A stretch of DNA of 64,000 nt. It comes from Vicugna vicugna. Taxonomy: Eukaryota. Shown here piece after piece: positions 26,136-40,404 of this stretch. Both the position numbers and the translations under genes were made by a program. The first letter of the stretch is position 1. Every line of letters begins with the position of its first letter. The notes under the pieces were generated by a model. The model was not told where the DNA came from. It saw only the letters and a program-made list of their open reading frames with translations, and did no database searches. The stretch lies in the NCBI GenBank assembly GCA_013265495.1, contig MU058337.1:1418777-1482776 (forward strand), given 5' to 3'.

Positions 26136-28792
26136 CCCAGCCATATCCACCTCCAGGTCTCACGGAAGGGCAGTCACTTGTCAGGACATGGAGAACAGGG
26201 GGATCCCTTACAGCAGGAGGGCTAAGGAGACCAAGGCTTTCGTCTTCCTGGCTGGGTCGCACAGGAAGAGAAAGCAGGTTCTGGGTGGAATACCCAGCAG
26301 CTGCAACAGCATGTTCATTGGTGGAGAGAGAGGGCAGAGACAGAGGCAAGAATTACACGAGATCCTGGTTCCAAAGCAACATCGCACAATGCAGCAGGAG
26401 GCCAGGTCGAAGAGACATGGTCCGCCACCCGCACACCGCTGCCGTGGGCGCTTACGGCGGTCCCCCCAGGACTGGACTTGCAATATCCTGCCACACTCTA
26501 AGTGCAGCAATTAACTTTGTTGTCCTATTTTCTCCAGTGTCAGATTTATGTTTCTTTTGCCTGATTAGATAGCCACAATAATCATGTCAGAGAGAGATGA
26601 AGACACTCTAGGAAACATAAAATTCACATATAGCTTTCGAGTTCTTTAAGTCAAAATGGAATTTTTAAATCTGGGTATTATTTATGGTGATATTAAATTT
26701 GGTTGTTGTTTTTAATGTCATTTAAATTGCCATAGAGGCATAAAGCAACAACAACAATAACCAAAAAAAAAAAAAAAAAAAATATTAGTGACACCTAACA
26801 AGCATGCTTGTGAGTCAGGCTTTTAGCCTAAAACTTAATTAACTCTGCAGTAATATAGCAGAGGCCATGCACTATGTGTAAAAGAAATCCAAAAGAAAGG
26901 GGGGGAAATTTATGCCTACAATAGCAACAGCATTTTTACACTAATGATTTCTGAGTAAGCAAGGCACTGGAATCAGAGAGTATATTCATTTTTAGTTGGC
27001 ACATATTTTTTGAAGAAATGGAATATTTTTAGCTAGGGGAAAAAAAAAGCATGCAACAATTTAAAAAGAAAATGACTCTAAGTGCTTTCACCCAAAACTC
27101 TAACTTTCACACAACCTAGACACTGTAACAAGTCTTTGATTAGGGAAGTTGGTAACGGAGGAAGAGGGAGGGGGCTGGACACTAAGGGGGGCTGAGTGCT
27201 GATCAGAAAGCAGACATGGAAATAACACATCAGGGTCAAGAAGGAGAAGAATGGAGGAGGGCCGTCACAATACCCCTAGGCCACCAGGAACTCACGGGAG
27301 CGCGCTCTATTTACAGGTAAAGGTGATTCTTTCCTGGGCTCCAACCAGTAAGCAAACAAACCACTGCTCTGTCCTGAGGGGTGAAAGAAACCCTGCTCTT
27401 GGGTTCTGTTTCTGGCCACCTGGGCAGCCTCGCCAGGATGAAGGCCAGCGTGGGAGGCTGGAGGGAAGTGGACGCACAGATCAGCTTGGGCTGTACCAGC
27501 CCAGGGAAGCCTTCTCAGCTGAGCTCTGGCCGGACGCTAAATGTTCAGCACACATCAAAGCTCTTGACTGGCGATCATACCATCAGCACCAAAATTGTTA
27601 CAGCAACAAGGCAGCTCCACGGGGATCCCCAGGAAGGGGATGGAGATGCCAGACGAGGGTGGGTGCTGGAGTTCAACTCTTTTGTCTTTGTGGAGTGTGC
27701 CACGGTGTCGTGACAGAGCACACGCGGGGGTGATACCTGAGGTCACCGCCCATTGGTGAGGCTCTCCCAGCCAGAGCCGAGGCCTGTACAGCACAGCGCC
27801 ACACAGGGGCCCGAGACCCGCTCTGAGTGGGATGCTTTCTGATGTATTCCACCTTTCCAGCTTGACTCTCTTTGCCCTCTTCTCCCAGAGGCCTGCTCTC
27901 CCCAGGAGGCAATGAATAATACAATGCTGTCCTTCCCAGCACGCGGTGGACAATCCATGTCAAAGGCTAAGTCTCCAGAAGGTTGTAACAGGTGTGCCCA
28001 TAGCAGAATTTCGGGGCACTGGGGCAGACTAGTAACAGATCATTTTAGTCAGGTGGTCTTTTGGTGCCCCCCCAGATTATGCTGTCGACTAATCATTATC
28101 TCATTCTGTCTTCTGTTTTGTGATGCATTTACACACACTTGATTTTGTTTGATCAATTGTTAACGCAGCAGGTTTTTTAAAGCAACTACGGGAGGATGGA
28201 ACAAAAATAGGACACCATTCCGTCCTTCAAGGGTCTGACAGTCCCACAGGGGAAACAGGTATGGGCTGTGATACCAGGCTGACTGTAAAATATGCGTGTT
28301 TTAGGTCCACTGTGGAACTGTGCAGAGGAAGCACCCCACCTCAGACCGGGGCCAGGGTGGGGAGGTGAGAAAATGTCAGGGGAGGGAAGCGTGGTGCTAA
28401 GAAATCGCGATAGCCGAGGGTGGAGAGGTCAGCCACATGGGGTATTTGGAGAAAGGCAAGTAGCCCGTGTGCTTGCACCATAGGCAGAGGAATAAAATCA
28501 AAGATGACATGTTAAAGGTGGTCTGGAGCCAAACTACGAAGACTTGAAAATCATACAAAGCAACATGATCCGACCCACTCCACAAACACCCAGATGGGAG
28601 AGACCCCAGCACTCCCCTTCACAGACACGGAACCTCAGTGGCCAAACCACTCAGCCACCGAGCAGCAGGGGTGGCCCTCCAATGCCGGCCTCGTACTGCC
28701 AACCCGCTTCCCTCCTTGACACAGAGTAGCCAGGCCCGGGGCCTTCTGTGCTGCTTACCCTCAGGGCCGGTTACCTCAGTTCTACACTTGTC

Positions 28793-29222
28793 TGTTGTGG
28801 GATTAACTGTGTCCCCCCAAAAGACATGTAGAAATCCGAGTCCCTGGTGTGTGCAATGTGACCTTATTTGGAAATAAGGTTTCTGCAGTGTCATTAAGGT
28901 GGAAGTTAGGATGAGGGTCGTCCGGCATAGGATGGGCCATTAATCCAATATGAGTGGTGTCCCTATAAGAAGGGAAGAGACACAGAGACGAACACAGAGG
29001 GGAGAACCCCATGTGAAGACAGACACAGAGAGGGTGCCACAAGTGATGACGGAGGCAGAGATGGGGAGGTGTAGCTGCCAGCTGAGGGACGCCAGGGGCT
29101 GCCAGCACCACCAGAAGCCCAGACGTGGCTCTGCTGACACGGACTCGGACGTCTCGCCTCCAGAACTGTGATCACACACGTCTCTGCTGTGGGAGTTTGT
29201 TGCAGCAGCCCTAGGAAATGCA
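28793..29222 (+). mobile_element. MLT1B/C MaLR LTR
   Basis: TGTTGTGGGATTAACTGTGTCCCCCAAAAG...AATGTGACCTTATTTGGAAATAAGG...GCCTCCAGAACTGTGA...TTTGTTGCAGCAGCCCTAGGAAA. Confidence 0.88.
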
Positions 29223-30924
29223 TGCCACGTCCAAAGCAGCTCTGGAGCAAATGTACAGCTATCTGAGTGCTGGGTTTAGGCCAAGGGTAGAACTTACAGA
29301 GCATCTGTATGGATGAACATGCTTCCAGCCTCCAGGTAATTCAAACCTGGAGTCTTCTCACCTTGCTTAAGGACTAGAGTTTAATGCCCTCCCGTCACCA
29401 GCTCAGAGGCTGTGGACTGGCTTTGCTTTCCCAGCTGTTCCCGTCCAGAGCAGGACAAAGGGAAGTGAAGAATTCTCCAAAAGGGTAAAACTGGGCCAAT
29501 CCCAGGCTCATATAATTTGTAAGAGCACTCAAAACCAGACAGAGAAATGTTTGACTCAAACATTTGAAAAGAGACTCAAAGTTCACCCTCCTTTGCCCAT
29601 CCCCTCCTCCAGTGAAACGGAGACTCAGTCATCTCAACTGCCTGCTGTTTACACATAAACTTTATCCCAGAAACACATTTTGGAGTTAGCAAAACTGTAA
29701 GGATGCCAGAACAGAAATTCAGAAGGCAGAAAGTCAAAAAGAAAAAAAAAAAAGGCTGACTTTTCTAAAAACTATGGAAACCAAGACCAAATAACAAGGA
29801 TTGTTCTAGAATTCAAAACAGCTTGAGAGAAAGTATCTTTGCCAACAATGGAAAACTCAATAACGAGACAGAACAGAGGAAAACTCTACCCAAATGAAGA
29901 AAAGAAAGAAGCATGGGAGGGCTGAAACGTCCGTGGACTAAGTCCGTCCTGCACCCAGGAACATCCAGATGTGGTCGCTTACTCCACTTGCAGGAGACAA
30001 ACATTATAAGCTTCATTTTACGGATGAGAAAACAGAGATGCAGAGTTGGGCTTGTTTGTCGCAGTCACAGAGATAATGAATGGGAGAGCTGCATTTCAAA
30101 ATCCAGTGTTTTTGACTGGATTCTTGTTTTTAGGATTTTTTTTTTCCAGATTACCCAGGCGCAGCAAGAAGATGGAATTTTGGCATCCTGATTAAAACGT
30201 ATCAGTACTGAAATGAAAACACAAAGGAGTTACACTGAAGACTGTATACATTTTTTAAATACGAATAATGAGAAATGAGAGCTTCCAGTAAAAAACAGAA
30301 AACTTAGTTTTGTTCAGATATCATTGTTCTAAGGCAAGCATGAATAAACCAGGCCATAATGCAAGAAAGAAAAATCTGCTGAGAAAAAAATGACAATTTT
30401 TTTGCTTGCCTTTGAATCTCAAAATATTTGGCACAAACCTTGAGAACAGTTCAAAGATATTTCCTACCAGCTGTAAGTTAAATATTAGAAGTGAATGTCC
30501 TCATTGTGAATACAAATATAAAGTAAGAACATAAAACTGTCAGTTTCAAAGAAGACTGTGTTTCTTGTGCAGCTGGTACCTTATGAAAGAAGCATGAACC
30601 CCATCCTTTTCTTCATTCTCATCTGTGACCCTGGTGTTGGGATGCCCATGGCCTGCAGCAAGATGATACTTCCTAGAAGGTTTTGAACAGTTTGCTTAAC
30701 TCGGAGCATGGGGAGAGGGCAGGGCATGAGATGGCAGGTCATAAATACAGATACTTGAATCCTAGCACTACCACTCTCTGGGGCAAGGCAGCCAAATTCT
30801 TTTTCCAAGTACCCTTATCCATGAAACAAGGATACTGAAGAGCTATTGTAAACACTAAATTAGGTAAGTGTGTGTAAGACACTGGCTGTCCTTGCTTGAG
30901 TGGTGGCTCCCAACAAACTATGTT

Positions 30925-31333
30925 CACTTCCGACCCCCAGAACTACTGAATGTGATCTTATTTGAAAAAAGGGTCTCAACAGATGTAATTAAGTTGAAGA
31001 TCTTGAGGTGAGATCATCCTGGAACACCTGGGCAGGCCCTAAATCCAATAACAAGTGTTCTAAGAGGCAGAGAACACAAAACACAGCCAGGGAGGAGAAG
31101 GCCATGAGAAGATAGAGGCAAAAACTGGAGAATCCACAGACCAAGGAACACCTGGGTCCACCAGAAGCTGGAGGAGGCCAGGAACAACTGCTCCCTGAAG
31201 CCTTTAGAGGGCACACAGCCCTGCTGACACCCTGATTTCAGCCTCTAGCCTCCAGACTCTGAGAGAATAAGTTTCTGTTGTTGTCAGTCACCCAGCTGAC
31301 ATCAGTTTGTTAAGGAGCCCTAAGAAATAAGCA
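30925..31333 (+). mobile_element. MLT1C/D MaLR LTR
   Basis: GAATGTGATCTTATTTGAAAAAAGGGTCT...CACCAGAAGCTGGAGGAGGCCAGGAA...CCCTGCTGACACCCTGATTTCAG...GAGAATAAGTTTCTGTTG. Confidence 0.88.
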
Positions 31334-31619
31334 TGCCTGGAAAATTCTCTAAAAAGAGTTCACTCTTTCCTCTCCTTCACCCCTTTCTCCAGCTTGAAGG
31401 CCCCTACCCTTAGACCTAGGACACAGACCCCTCATGGACAACCTGCCATGCTCCCCACCTGTATGAAAGAGGAGAAGTCAGAATTGTCCCCACTGTACCG
31501 GGGCATCACCGCGAGGAGCAGAGGCCCTGCCGTGCCTTCATGAGGACTTCCCGCCATGACTTGTGGTCCCGCGCAGCTGGACAGGCAGGCTGGGATGCAC
31601 ACGGCAGACAATTGGTAGA

Positions 31620-31858
31620 AACAGCCAATGAGGAGAGAGTTATGCTCTGTGCCAAGCACTGTCAATGTACCTGCTCTCCTGCATCAACACATTTCATCTC
31701 TATAACAAGTTTATGAGGCCTATCCAGCCCCCTCTTACAGAGAAGACCGATGCCCAGAGAAGCTGAATTATTTGCTCACAGCAACAAAGCCAGGAAATGC
31801 CAAAGCCAGGGGATTTGTGGCCTGCCACTCTGATTCTGGAATCCATGCTTTTAACCCC
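31620..31858 (-). mobile_element. MIR SINE
   Basis: TGTGCCAAGCACTGT...TTACAGAGAAGACCGATGCCCAGAGAAGCTGAATTATTTGCTCA...GAATCCATGCTTTTAACC. Confidence 0.6.
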
Positions 31859-32216
31859 TGTATTTGGTTCCTGTGGCTGCCATGACACACTGGGTGGCTT
31901 ATGCAACAGAGATGTATTGTCTCACTGTTCTGAGGGCCAGAAGTCTGAAATGAAGGTGTCGGCAGAGCCAGTTCCTTCTGAAGGCCGTTCTCGCCCCATC
32001 TCTTCACACCATCTTCCCTCTGAGCATGTCATTCTGTCCAGATTTCCCCTTTTAATAAGGACACTAGTCGTCTTGGATTAGAGCCTGCCCTGAAGGCCCC
32101 ATTTACCTTGATTACCCCTGTAAAGACCCCGTCACGCAATAAGATCACACGCTGACCTGTTAGGGGTTAAGACTTCAACATATGAATTTGGGGAGAACAC
32201 ACTCCAGTCCATAACA
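31859..32216 (-). mobile_element. MLT1B/C MaLR LTR
   Basis: TGTATTTGGTTCCTGTGGCTGCC...CAGAAGTCTGAAATGAAGGTGTCGGCAG...GGGGTTAAGACTTCAACATATGAATTTGGGGAGAACAC...CCATAACA. Confidence 0.88.
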
Positions 32217-33729
32217 ACCACTGCACCATGCTGGCTCTCATAACTGAAAAGTGAATGAGTGAATGAATGAGAAGTTGAACCACCATGTGTCCTGCCGGAA
32301 GCCACCAGCTCTGAGGCACCCTTCGCTGCTAGCATTGCTCTTACTGATTGGCAGTCCAAGCTCTTGCAAAACCAGCAGATGCAGCAAGAGCCATCGGTGG
32401 ATGTGAGGACTGCCTGTTGGAATCAAATCCTGGTTCTGACACTTCTTCATTGAGGGACTTTGGGGAAAGTTTTCAATTTCTGAGCTGAGCCTCTATCTCT
32501 TCTTCTGATGCGAAAAATATACAGTCCAGACATCGCAGGGCAGTGAGAGGACGAAATGCGAGCCTGTGGAAAGCAGAGCGTGTGCGAGGGCTCTGTGAGT
32601 GCTGGCCCTGTCCTCAGCCAGCGCTGCCTCTCTCCTTCTTCTGGGGTCACTCTGCTCATGTCCTCTGCTGGCCTCTTCCCTGGGTGGCTCTAGAGCTCAC
32701 CACTGGGTGGGTATTCCCAGCCTTGAATTCTCACAGCATCTCTTCATCATCCTTTTCCTCCTTTTGACATCAGTGGGAATTAGGACTTCTCAAGAACCCG
32801 TCTTGGTGGAGCAGCGTAACAGCAGGTCTGGGCATGGCCAGGGCTGAGCAACCATGGGCCAGCTGTCAAATTACAGGGTCCAGAAAAGCAGAGAAAACTC
32901 AGGCTTGACTCAAGCCAGAGTCTCTATTCAAAGGCATATAATTCAGCTGTACTTCTGGGCTCCTCATTTGATACTCAAAAATCCTGTGAGATTCATAAAC
33001 CAGACACTGGTTTTCAACTTAGAGAGAGTATAAGTGACTTGTCCAGTGATAGTCCAAATGCAGTGGCCAAAATCAACAACAGTAGAAATGCCAGGGGGGT
33101 GGGGAGTCAGAGGGCACCACTCAGCTCAGTTCAATTGGTTTAACAAACATTTACTGAGAATCAAGCAATCACTAGAGCCAGTGCCAGAAAACAAGGGCCC
33201 AGAGTAGCAACAGAGAGGTGTCTTTGCCTGCTCCCCAGGCACTGCCAGGAAGAGGGAGCAGGAGTGTGGGGGTTATGGGAGGGGAGTGTGCACATGGCTC
33301 AGCAGGCGTTCTGGAGCACGAGTGACCAACCCTGGTCAGAGGTTCAGGGGAAACTGTACGGAACCACTGGCAAGGCAGTAGAGGTGTGAGGAACGAGAGA
33401 TTTCCGAGCAGAAAGCAGAAGAAGGAAGTGGAGACAATGGTGTGGTCTGTCGGCCTTTGCAGGCAGAGGAAAGAGCCATGGAAGCTGAAAAAACGTTCTG
33501 CTAACTGGAGAGCGAACCTCGGTGAGGGGGGTGTGGCAGTAGGACCCAAGCTGGCATGGGGGCAGGGGCCAGGTGACAAAAGGCTGCTTGCCTATTGCCC
33601 GCCCCAAGTGAACGGTAAAGGTAGTTGCAGGAGGCATTAAGTGTTTTACACAGAAAAGACAAACCAGCTTTGAATCTGAAGAACAGCTCGCCACAGAGAA
33701 TGGACTAGGGCAATGGTCCTTAGTCTCCA

Positions 33730-33890
33730 CTATTAGCAGAATCTCCTGGAAGGCTCCTTCAAACACACATTGCCAGGCCCGCCCGCAGAGTTTCTAACTC
33801 GGTAAGTCTGGGGTAAGGCCCGAGAATCTGCACTTCTATCTAGTTTCCAGTGGCTCCTGCTGCTCTGGTGATCTTGCTTTGAAAGCCACT
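33730..33890. mobile_element. MER5A hAT-Charlie MITE
   Basis: CAGAGTTTCTAACTCGGTAAGTCTGGGGTAAGGCCCGAGAATCTGCACTTCTA...CTTTGAAAGCCACTG. Confidence 0.8.
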
Positions 33891-35124
33891 GCACTAGACA
33901 GTGGTAACCCTGAAGGGAGGGGCTCCAGCTCAAGGACACTGAGAGATAAGGCCCTGAGCTAAGGCGGTGCGGGCTGCGTACAGATGCGGGGCTGCATCTG
34001 AGTCTGGGCAGCAGTGGGACATAACAAGAGGGGGCTGGAGCCCGAGGTTTCTGGCTGGTGCGACTGGGTGGATTGGGGTGAGCACCTGAGTTGGTGGGTG
34101 GTGGGGCAGTGATGGTTCTGGGAGGCCACCCAGGGAAAACCCTGCCAGGCTTCACACATCTTGGGTCGGAGGGTCTTCGGTGGAAATGGGCAGAGCTCTC
34201 CAGTTTGGGGCTCAAGGACAGGGTCTGACTGGAGACCAACTTGGTTTTACAGCCGTCATAGTGACTCGTCTCGGCAGCCTTTATTTCAACAGCCATGCAA
34301 TCAATGAGAAAATTGCAATCTGTGTTACTGCTTTAGAATAATGTGATAGCTTATCAATACCTCTTAGCATGTATTTTAAACACCAACTACTCATAGTCCA
34401 GAAAAGTGCAAAATGAGATACTCTACATTTTGCATTAATTTGCTAATCACCTTCTGAAAATATTATTTACCGATGAATTTGAAATACCTCCAATGTAGTC
34501 TGTCTCATGCATCCAGGCTTTATTTTAGGGAATAATCTAGGTCATCCACTTTAAGCACCACAGTAGGAAATGTATAATTTGTATCTTACTGTTCTCTTAA
34601 TAATCCTGTTCTCCATAAATTAGGTTTTATCAAATTTTACAGTGAAGAGAAGTTGCAACAAGCATCATTTTTCACTGTTCTCTACCGACATTTTAAGTTT
34701 CATTTCTCTCTACTATTATTAAAAATATACAAATGATTTTATTTATTAGAAAACAACTAAAATAGGAAACATAAGTAAGTGAAAAACATTTCAGTTACTA
34801 TACTAAGCTTGGCAAATATCAATTCCAACATGACTTCAATTACTCAAATTACTATATTGCATCTATTACTGAAGTTTTCCATCGTATCAGAATATAAGTG
34901 GACAGATCTTTGAGAGAGAGGTTTGTGTGTGCTGTGTCTTCTCCAGAGGAAGGCCGTTTCCCAGGCTCTGGAGACCCACGTCGTGTCGCTTGAGCAGCAT
35001 GGTTCCTGCTATCCCGTGAAGGGCTCTGTTGGGTGGATCCCAGAGGTGGCCCTTTCTCCCGCATGGCCTGGCAGCTGCGTCTGCCCAGGAGAGGGAGCTG
35101 CTGGTCACCCCCTCCTCGTCCAGT

Positions 35125-35438
35125 TAACCTCTGACTCTTCCTTCACAGCTCAGCTGGAATAATCTCCCCTCAAGAAAGCTCACCCTGACTTTGCTGATGA
35201 AGCAAATTCTCCTCTTACTCATCCTTAGGGAACCAGGTCCCTCTTCTTAGAAATGCCCCAGTCGTTACCGTCATGTTTCTCATTACAGCAGACTCTGTTA
35301 ACATCCGTCTCTCCCACTGAGTGGTAAGCTCCCTGAGGGCCAGAACCAGGGCTCCGTGGTGGTGTTTCCAACATGAAGGGCAACACCCGACCCCAACTAG
35401 ACACTCAAACGGCATCTGCTGAATGAATGAATGAATAA
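35125..35438 (+). mobile_element. L2 LINE 3' end
   Basis: GTCTCTCCCACTGAGTGGTAAGCTCCCTGAGGGCCAG...ACTCAAAC...CTGCTGAATGAATGAATGAAT. Confidence 0.75.
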
Positions 35439-37656
35439 AACCTGTAAAATAAACATGAAAGAGCAGAGGCTCCTCTGTGCCAAGACCTATGATTACAAGA
35501 TGAGAAAATGCTGTTGGTTTTCCTTCTTTGCTTTTGCAAGTCTTTTTCCCAGTTCCTCTTCCTGGAATCAGTTCATACAGCAAACGTGGATAAGAGCTGA
35601 ACTCTGAGATCCAGCCGCAAATAAAGTGCAGTATTTGTAAACATTTAACCCGGGACAAATGCTGGAGTGAACCGCGGCCATGTGGCAGGGAGTTGTGCAG
35701 AGTTTCTCCGTGGGTTTTAATTGAATTGAGGGTTGGAAGCCCTTGCTACAAGGCCCCTCCCCAACACAAAGAAAAATGTTTTTAACCTTTAGAAAACTTC
35801 CATATTTGAGTCGACTCTCAACTTCCTCTCCCCACTGCAAAGTTCAAAAGTTAGGAAGTTCCTCTTGCTTAACTCCCGAAATGCAATTCTGTCCTAAGCT
35901 GGGCTTTTCTTCCCAGTACGGTGGCTAAATAGGTCAGCCATTGAGTTAAACTTCCCGTCCCCAGTTCGGCGGTACTGGACCCATAAATCTGTAAGGAAGC
36001 ATTAGCAATTCAGAAAGAATGAACAATTTCAATAGGAATGCATTTCTTCCTTCACCCTCAACTAGGAATCAGAAATGCCTAACATCAGTAGAGCTGGTGA
36101 GGCCTGAAAAGCTGTAACCTGCACATCTTTTCAACATATGAGGAGCTGTGATCTGAAGAAAAGGCTGAAACTATAAAGATCTTTATGGCTCTGTGGCCCC
36201 TAATAATAAGCTCCATGCAGGCAAATATTTTCACCTGTGTTACCCATAGCTTAAAACGGTTCCCGGAACAGAACTCAATAAATATCTCTTGCATGATGAA
36301 AGAGTGAATAGGTAAACGAATTGAAAACTTAGTCAGTTCCAGGTGCTCTTCTAAGTACATGACATGTTGCAACTCATTTCATCCTGACAACCACCTTATA
36401 ATGGTGGCCACTATTACTCCGTTTCCAGATGAAGAAACTCGAGAGAGGTGGAATAATTTGTGCCAGGCCACCGAGCTTGAAAGGCAGGCCTCATCCCCGC
36501 TATGGCCAGACCACGAAGCCAACGGTCTCCCAGGGCAATGGGCTCGGTTCACACTCGTGTCCCTGCTGCCCACACCTTCAGTGACAAACTCGGGCTTCAA
36601 GCCTGTGTGTCCACGCCATGTTGACACCCAGGCCTCCGCACCTTCCTATATGCCTGGGCCTGGAATGCACTAGCCTGGGACACCCCACTACCACCCAGTT
36701 ATAAGGGGGCTTGTCTACTAACGTATTTCCTACCCTGCGTGGTTACCCACCCGGGAAGAGTTCTGTTAAGCAAAGCAGGTAAGTAGTCGGGGCGACAGGC
36801 CCTTGAGGCTGAAGCAGCAGGAGCTGTGCTTTGCTGAAGTCTATTTTGCGTATTTCCTGGCATCACTAGGTTGTGACTGTGAGATGCAATCATTCTTATT
36901 TTTAAGAACTGAGTAGTCGTGACAAAGCCCAGAGCCTTCACACCCCTGGGTGTGGCCTCTGTGTGTTCCTCCATCCTGACCTCTTCCAGCATCACACCCA
37001 TTGCCTCTGCCCCTCGGGATACAGCGTCTCCCAGGCATACACGCCCTGCACTACCCACACCTTCCTGGAGAAGGAGCTCTGCCCTCCTAATCGCCCCCGC
37101 ACAAACCACAGCCCCTGCGACCTTTAAGAAGAATGTACGGAAGGTTTATTGTTCTCGGAGAGACAGCACCATGTGTGTGTCACAGTCACTCCTGGAGCCA
37201 GGCAGGTGCAGATCCATGGGTCCCCACTGGACTTCAGCATTCCTGCCTGGCCCAGGGAAGCCACTTCTGTCTCCGTCCATGGAAATCTTGGTGTCTCCAA
37301 ACCTCCGAGTCCTGACTGACTTCTTCCTCTCCCTGACCCAAGCTCACCTTTAATTCAGTGTGTAGCCTGTGGCCCATCCTCTAGCATCTAACTCAGAAGG
37401 CCTGTACCAAATAATGACAATAATTCACAGAACAATACCCAAAGTCTGCCTTATTCAGTTTTAAATAACACCACGTGTGGAAATCCACCAGTCCGATTCC
37501 AGAAACTCTGTGCTTAGCCCAGTTTCATTGTCTTCCATCCCAAACAAGGGAAGAAAACACCAGGCCTGCTTGTCCCTCATGCCAGGGTCCAGTTTTCCAA
37601 CTGACCATCTAAGTACTTGGGGACGAACTCTCACACATACGCACATAGACAGACAG

Positions 37657-37684
<28 letters not shown>
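37657..37684 (+). repeat. (CA)n microsatellite
   Basis: About 14 CA units preceded by GACA repeats. Confidence 0.95.
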
Positions 37685-37689
<5 letters not shown>

Positions 37690-37874
37690 ACGAACAAATA
37701 ATGACTATCAGACATAGGGAGCTTTAAATTATGATTCAAGGGGGAGAAAGAACATAGGACACAAGGAGACAATCTGGGTGAGGCCTACAATTTTTGTTAC
37801 CCAGCAGAGCACTGAGCCACCCACCGGACACATATGCCTTCACGTTACGCCGGGCATCTAGGGCCATCTAGATA

Positions 37875-38312
37875 TGGCCCATTTGTCCTTTCAGACCCAC
37901 TCTCCCTCCCTGCTCACCTTGCTGTCTGATCTCTGGCTGCTTGGTGTGCAGTGTCCTCTGAATTACAACTCATCTTGGCCGATGAGGAGTCCAGAGGGAG
38001 ATTGGGAAGCAAGTTAGGATCTTTATTCCTCCAGCTCCCTCCCTGTTAGAGGGGTGGGGTGTCCCCCTGGAGCTGGCCATGTCCCTCAGTCCTCTCTGTA
38101 TGAACCTCCCAGGTCGCAGTAACTACTCCTCCCCTTGTCACTCTAGGTCCAGGGGTGGTGACAGCTCTGTGTTATCAGGACTGGTTACTGCACTATCTTC
38201 CGGGCTCCCAAACAGCCTGCCCACCCCTTTGTAAGCAGTCCCTTTGTTCAACCCTCCCTAAATCATCCTAACTTGAGATGCCAGCCATCTCCTGGTAGGA
38301 TGCTGACTGACA
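37875..38312 (+). mobile_element. LTR33-type ERVL solo LTR
   Basis: TTATTCCTCCAGCTCCCTCCCTG...AGGGGTGGTGACAGCTC...TTTGTAAGCAGTCCCTTTGTTCAACCCTCC...GATGCTGACTGACA matches the recalled LTR33 3' half. Confidence 0.75.
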
Positions 38313-40404
38313 AGGGTTTTTCAAGAATAGAACTGCGTGGCTAAAAGAGCTGGACATATTTGAGCAAAGGAACAGTCTCCTGGTAGTTTCTGAAACTACT
38401 GAATGTTCTAAGCTCCTGTCGGGTCGCTCCTGGGCCCAGTGTTTTTCTCTTCCTCTGTCTCCACCCAACACTCTCTTCCTTGCGCTGTAGCTGGGCTTTT
38501 GTTCCCAAACACAATAAAAAGTGCCGGAAAGCTAACAATACAAGTCTTGGCACCTATACGCAAACTATACTTTTCTCCTTATTTTCCTGTAACCTGCAAA
38601 AGGAACAAATGGAAAGCAGAGGAATGTTGTTATGAGCTGGACAACCTCCATCCCGGCCTTTCTAGGCTGACATTTAGAACTTATTACTTTAGAGTTTCTG
38701 TTTTATAGGGAACACTGGCTACAGTCTTATTTTTCTCCTTTCTAACCACTTGCTTTCCAAATATTATTAAACATTTACCCCTAGACTGAGGTTCTATTGC
38801 ATTTTTAAATTGTAATATTTCTCAAGTGACTTGAAATGTCTGTTTAGAGCAACGTTAAAGGGACCCACAGATTCTATGATTACAGTACTCTTAACCTAGG
38901 AGAGGCCATCGTTTGTCTTTGGAAATATCCTTTTGGGATTGGGAGCTACATGCCATATTGGGGAAACAGTCAAGCAAATCAGAGGTGAACGGTGAGATGG
39001 ATGCAAAACAGAAGTGTGGGGCAGCGTCGGGGAGGGCCTGTGCCTGGAGATCTGGAAGCACACGTGGGCTCAGTCTGGGATGGCTGTGCCCAGCGACCGA
39101 CTGCGGTCTGCAGCTGTGAGTCTCCCCATGTCTCTCGGTGGGAACAGCATGCTGGTGGTGCACACAGCAGGGAGAAGGCTGTACTTCCTTCTGGGAGTCT
39201 TCAGTTCTCCAAGGAAGGTCTATTCAGGTGAGTGTCCAGAGCACCCAGCTCACTGATCTCCCACTGACCGGAAACCAGGTCTACCCCACTGATTCCTGTG
39301 TTGATTGAACTGGGTTCAATCATCAGAATGGCCCCAGAAGTCACTAACGCGATTTCTGCCCTCTTTGTCTTCTAGAGACTGATAAGACTGATATCACCTC
39401 ACTCATTGACAGGGTTCCCCCAAACCTCCCAGTTCCATGGGGCCCTGCTTGGAGCGGGGGTGGCATCTAAGCCCCCACCCCCACTGCTGCCACTTTCTGT
39501 TCCTGCCAAGTCAGAGGAAGGAGAAGGGAGGCGTGAAGAGAGAGATGGAGGCATGGGGACAGGAGGATGCAGAGAGATCTAGAACGTTCATCCCACCTGA
39601 TGGATGGAGAAAGGGCCTGGTTCCACGTAACAGGACCTAAGTTCAAATCTGGAATACTGCCCTTGCTGTAATTCTCCAAACTATGTCCCCAGTAGGAGAA
39701 CAGGGATGGTGTGGACATCACCAGGCTGCTGTGAAGAGCAAGCAGGGAAGACACATGCAGGTGTCTGAAACAAGGACGGACGGGGAAGGGGCACGCTGTC
39801 ATTTAATAGGGTCATATCGGAGAGTGTGTGTCAGCCCCGAAACGCTTTCTCTTTCTTATGCCATGGAATGCCGATCATCTCCTCAACAGGAATTTGCTAG
39901 GTGTTTGGTCTCTGGGTGGAAAGACTAGAAGAGATCACCCTACGTATGTGGACACCAGTGTGGTGTCAGTGACCTAGGAAGTGTTTCAGCTCTGCTCTCC
40001 AGAAAGCACTGCATCTGAGAAAGGATAGAAGTGCACTGGGCAAGACTAGAATGACTGATGGAGAGACCCCAAACCACAAAGTATGAAAAACGGATGAAAA
40101 ATGGAGGCTAATTAGCCTAAAGGAAAGGAAACTCCAGAGGAAATTACTAGGCTCCTTCAATAGTAACAGTAATGACAATCTGTTACTGAGTCACTACACG
40201 CATTTTCTGGACTCTTTACAACTACCATGTAAGTCAGTTTTTACAGTCAGCATTTTACACACGGAAGACCAAGGGTCAGAGAGAATGGGACCCTGTCTGC
40301 CCACAAATCCCTCTCACTCTGCCACTGCCTCCCTCCGAGAGGTGACTGCTGTCATAGAATGCAAAACAAGCCTATTTCTTTCTGGGTCTGAGGCATATAA
40401 CTGG

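Noticed and set aside
26435..26462. GC hairpin as a possible small RNA
   Set aside because: Only about a 10-bp stem with several G-U pairs; too short for a pre-miRNA and expected by chance.
26066..26572. 168-aa ORF; similarly 27251-27733, 33733-34296 and 44254-44739
   Set aside because: No recognisable domains, partly overlapping MLT1 or MER5 repeats, and of a length expected by chance in GC-richer DNA.
27790..27812. CTCF site (reverse CCCCTGTGTGGCGC)
   Set aside because: Mismatches at the highly conserved central AG of the motif.
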